From a virus (Duplodnaviria > Heunggongvirae > Uroviricota > Caudoviricetes), in IMG/VR virus record IMGVR_UViG_2529293084_000006: a stretch of 57,580 bases of DNA. One strand, written 5' to 3'. Made by a program: the position numbers and the translations under genes. This document shows positions 55,686-57,580 of the stretch, piece by piece. The notes beneath the pieces were generated by a model that did not search any database, was not told where the DNA came from, and saw only the letters and a list, made by a program, of their open reading frames with translations. Numbering within the stretch: the stretch's first letter is position 1; every line of letters starts with the position of its first letter.

Positions 55686-56185
55686 GATTCGATAATTTTC
55701 AGAAACGGGTTAGTGGCTTTCTTCTGCCCCGCCAGGCCAATCAGACGCTGGCGGCTGCTGGGGTCGAGTCCGAGCATTGCCCCCGTACTGCTCATCTCGG
55801 ACTCCTGTTCTTTTTTGGCGGTCAGCTCCGGATTTTTGACCATGCCGCCCATTGCACCGGTGATGGTGTTGCCCTGTCTGGCAATATTTTTCACGGCACG
55901 TCGCCAGAACTCATAGGCCACGCACCACCGCTCAAGCACCGCGAGGTCAGTCACGCACAGCAGGCCCTGACCGCAGAGTTCTTTGGTTGTCAGTTGCCAC
56001 ATGATCGTGGCGAGAGGGAGATCTTCTTCAGCGAACCACTCCGGTGGCTCAACACCTTTGATGGGCGTAAAAACAGGTTCATCTTTGTTCAGGGCTCGCT
56101 TGCCGGGGGTTCCGGCCAGCGCCTTGCGCGCCGTTGGCTTGGGGCGACGCCCGGAACGCCCCGCCGTTCCAGCCATATGCGGCAC
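55682..56185 (-). CDS. Terminase small subunit
   Basis: 167 aa immediately upstream of the large subunit; basic N-terminus. Confidence 0.65.
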   Translation of the reverse strand: MPHMAGTAGRSGRRPKPTARKALAGTPGKRALNKDEPVFTPIKGVEPPEWFAEEDLPLATIMWQLTTKELCGQGLLCVTDLAVLERWCVAYEFWRRAVKNIARQGNTITGAMGGMVKNPELTAKKEQESEMSSTGAMLGLDPSSRQRLIGLAGQKKATNPFLKIIES

Positions 56186-56301
56186 TCCTGGTTAAATTTC
56201 ATTTTTCGCGGGTATAAAAAAACGATGGGGCGGGCAGTCCGGAAGACGTCAGGTCACAGGGATTTGACCCGCCCCTCCCCTCTGGCAGTGGGAACTGGTT
56301 C

Positions 56302-56652
56302 TTACTTCAGCCGTTCACGGGCCGTCTTCGCCTTATGACACGGCCAGCACAGGCTCTGCAGATTGCTGTCGGCATCAGTGCCGCCATGCGCTTTAGGGAT
56401 GATGTGGTCAACGGTTTTCGCCTCGCGCACCACACCGGCACGCAAACACAACTGACACAGGCCTTTGTCACGCTTTAGTACACGCCCCCGGATAACATCC
56501 CATTTCGAACCATAACCGCGCTGGTGTCGGGACTGGCCTGGCTTGTATTGCTTCCAGCCCTCGCTTTTGTGGCTTTCGCAATAACCTGACGGGTCAGTCG
56601 TGGTATGGCGGCAGCCGCGAACTCGGCAGGCTTTTGGGGTTCGTGGTGGCAT
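56302..56652 (-). CDS. HNH endonuclease (packaging-associated)
   Basis: Track ORF 56302..56751 trimmed to ATG 56652 (MPPRTPKACRV...); Cys/His-rich (CRxxGC, HIIPKAHGG, CWPCH); upstream of the small terminase as in HK97-like phages. Confidence 0.7.
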   Translation of the reverse strand: MPPRTPKACRVRGCRHTTTDPSGYCESHKSEGWKQYKPGQSRHQRGYGSKWDVIRGRVLKRDKGLCQLCLRAGVVREAKTVDHIIPKAHGGTDADSNLQSLCWPCHKAKTARERLK

Positions 56653-57177
56653 ATGTACTCCAATGAAGAAGCTACCGACATAGCCTCCTCCATTCGTCGT
56701 GAAACTATTTTCATCTACCCAGTAATGAATTCTTTGAAGAGTTGTAATCAATACAACTCGCTAATGGAGAGGCTTGTCTCACACGTGAGACAAGCTTCCT
56801 GTTTGATTTACTGGACACTATAGAAGGACAGAATGCCTTCCTCACTCGAATCACATCAATTAAGGAGGTTCAACATGTTTCATTCCACAAGTCATCAGGC
56901 TGTAATTATGGCAGCATCAGTTTGTGCCACAGACCTTTTCCGCTTCACTTTGAGCCTGATTCATTTCTACCTGACCGGCTCGCCTCTATCTTTTTAATCC
57001 CCGCTTTATCCAAATTGCATTGCCAGAATGCCGACAACAGACTGACATTCAAATCCTGACTACCTCCAATAGTCTGACCGTACACCTATATAGTTTTAAT
57101 TTTCATCAATCCATTTAACTATCGTTTAATTGTTGTCACATAGGATTCTGCCGTTTTTAACAATGCAGGATAATAAG

Positions 57178-57471
57178 ATGAAAAAAATGTTATTTTCTGC
57201 CGCTCTGGCAATGCTTATTACAGGATGTGCTCAACAGACGTTTACTGTTGGAAACAAACCGACAGCAGTAACACCAAAGGAAACCATCACCCATCATTTC
57301 TTCGTTTCGGGAATTGGACAGGAGAAAACTGTTGATGCAGCCAAAATTTGTGGCGGCGCAGAAAATGTGGTTAAAACAGAAACCCAGCAAACATTCGTAA
57401 ATGGATTGCTCGGTTTTATTACTTTAGGCATTTATACTCCGCTGGAAGCGCGGGTGTATTGCTCACAATAA
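57178..57471 (+). CDS. bor: Bor lipoprotein (lambda bor homolog)
   Basis: Track ORF 57130..57471 trimmed to ATG 57178; MKKMLFSAALAMLITGCAQQTFTV... with lipobox LITGC; near-identical to lambda Bor as I recall it; opposite strand to the lysis genes, as in lambda. Confidence 0.8.
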   Translation: MKKMLFSAALAMLITGCAQQTFTVGNKPTAVTPKETITHHFFVSGIGQEKTVDAAKICGGAENVVKTETQQTFVNGLLGFITLGIYTPLEARVYCSQ

Positions 57472-57502
57472 TTGCATGAGTTGCCCATCGATATGGGCAG
57501 CG

Positions 57503-57580
57503 CTATCTGCACTGCTCATTAATATACTTCTGGGTTCCTTCCAGTTGTTTTTGCATAGTGATCAGCCTCTCTCTGAGGGT
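57503..57580 (-). CDS. Rz: Rz-like i-spanin, C-terminal 25 codons (gene continues beyond the right edge)
   Basis: Reverse-strand translation ..TLRERLITMQKQLEGTQKYINEQCR-stop matches the lambda Rz C-terminus as I recall it. Confidence 0.7.
   Translation of the reverse strand, partial: TLRERLITMQKQLEGTQKYINEQCR

Overview
This window is prophage DNA throughout and contains two phages, one nested inside the other. (1) A complete Mu-like transposable prophage of about 39.3 kb (13629..52924, mostly + strand) with the full Mu gene order: c repressor, ner, transposase A, ATPase B, an early accessory region of about 15 small ORFs including gam and a gemA-like gene, a Mor/C-family activator, endolysin and spanins, terminase, portal, F, G, protease/scaffold I, major head T, a Mu-type contractile tail module (sheath to baseplate), a tail-fibre gene entering a Gin-type invertible segment, gin, and com/mom at the right end. 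(2) The Mu-like element sits inside the portal gene of a second prophage (1..13646 and 52920..57580, transcribed on the - strand) that has lambda-like Rz and bor, an HNH endonuclease, small and large terminase, an HK97-type protease and major capsid, and a Mu/P2-type contractile tail. The portal ORF is split into a C-terminal piece (13278..13646) and an N-terminal piece (52920..53804) whose reading frames join across the insertion, flanked by a short AGAA direct repeat. The most interesting cargo is a roughly 3.3-kb insert between gin and com/mom carrying a 679-aa SGNH-type esterase (resembling prophage sialate O-acetylesterases), two small ORFs and a long GATC-rich non-coding leader; the unannotated early accessory cluster is a second candidate. 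No rRNA, canonical tRNA, CRISPR array or tyrosine integrase was seen. All calls come from reading the ORF translations and the DNA by eye; no database search was run. Coordinates for sites not in the ORF track are anchored to neighbouring ORF boundaries and may be off by 1-2 bp.
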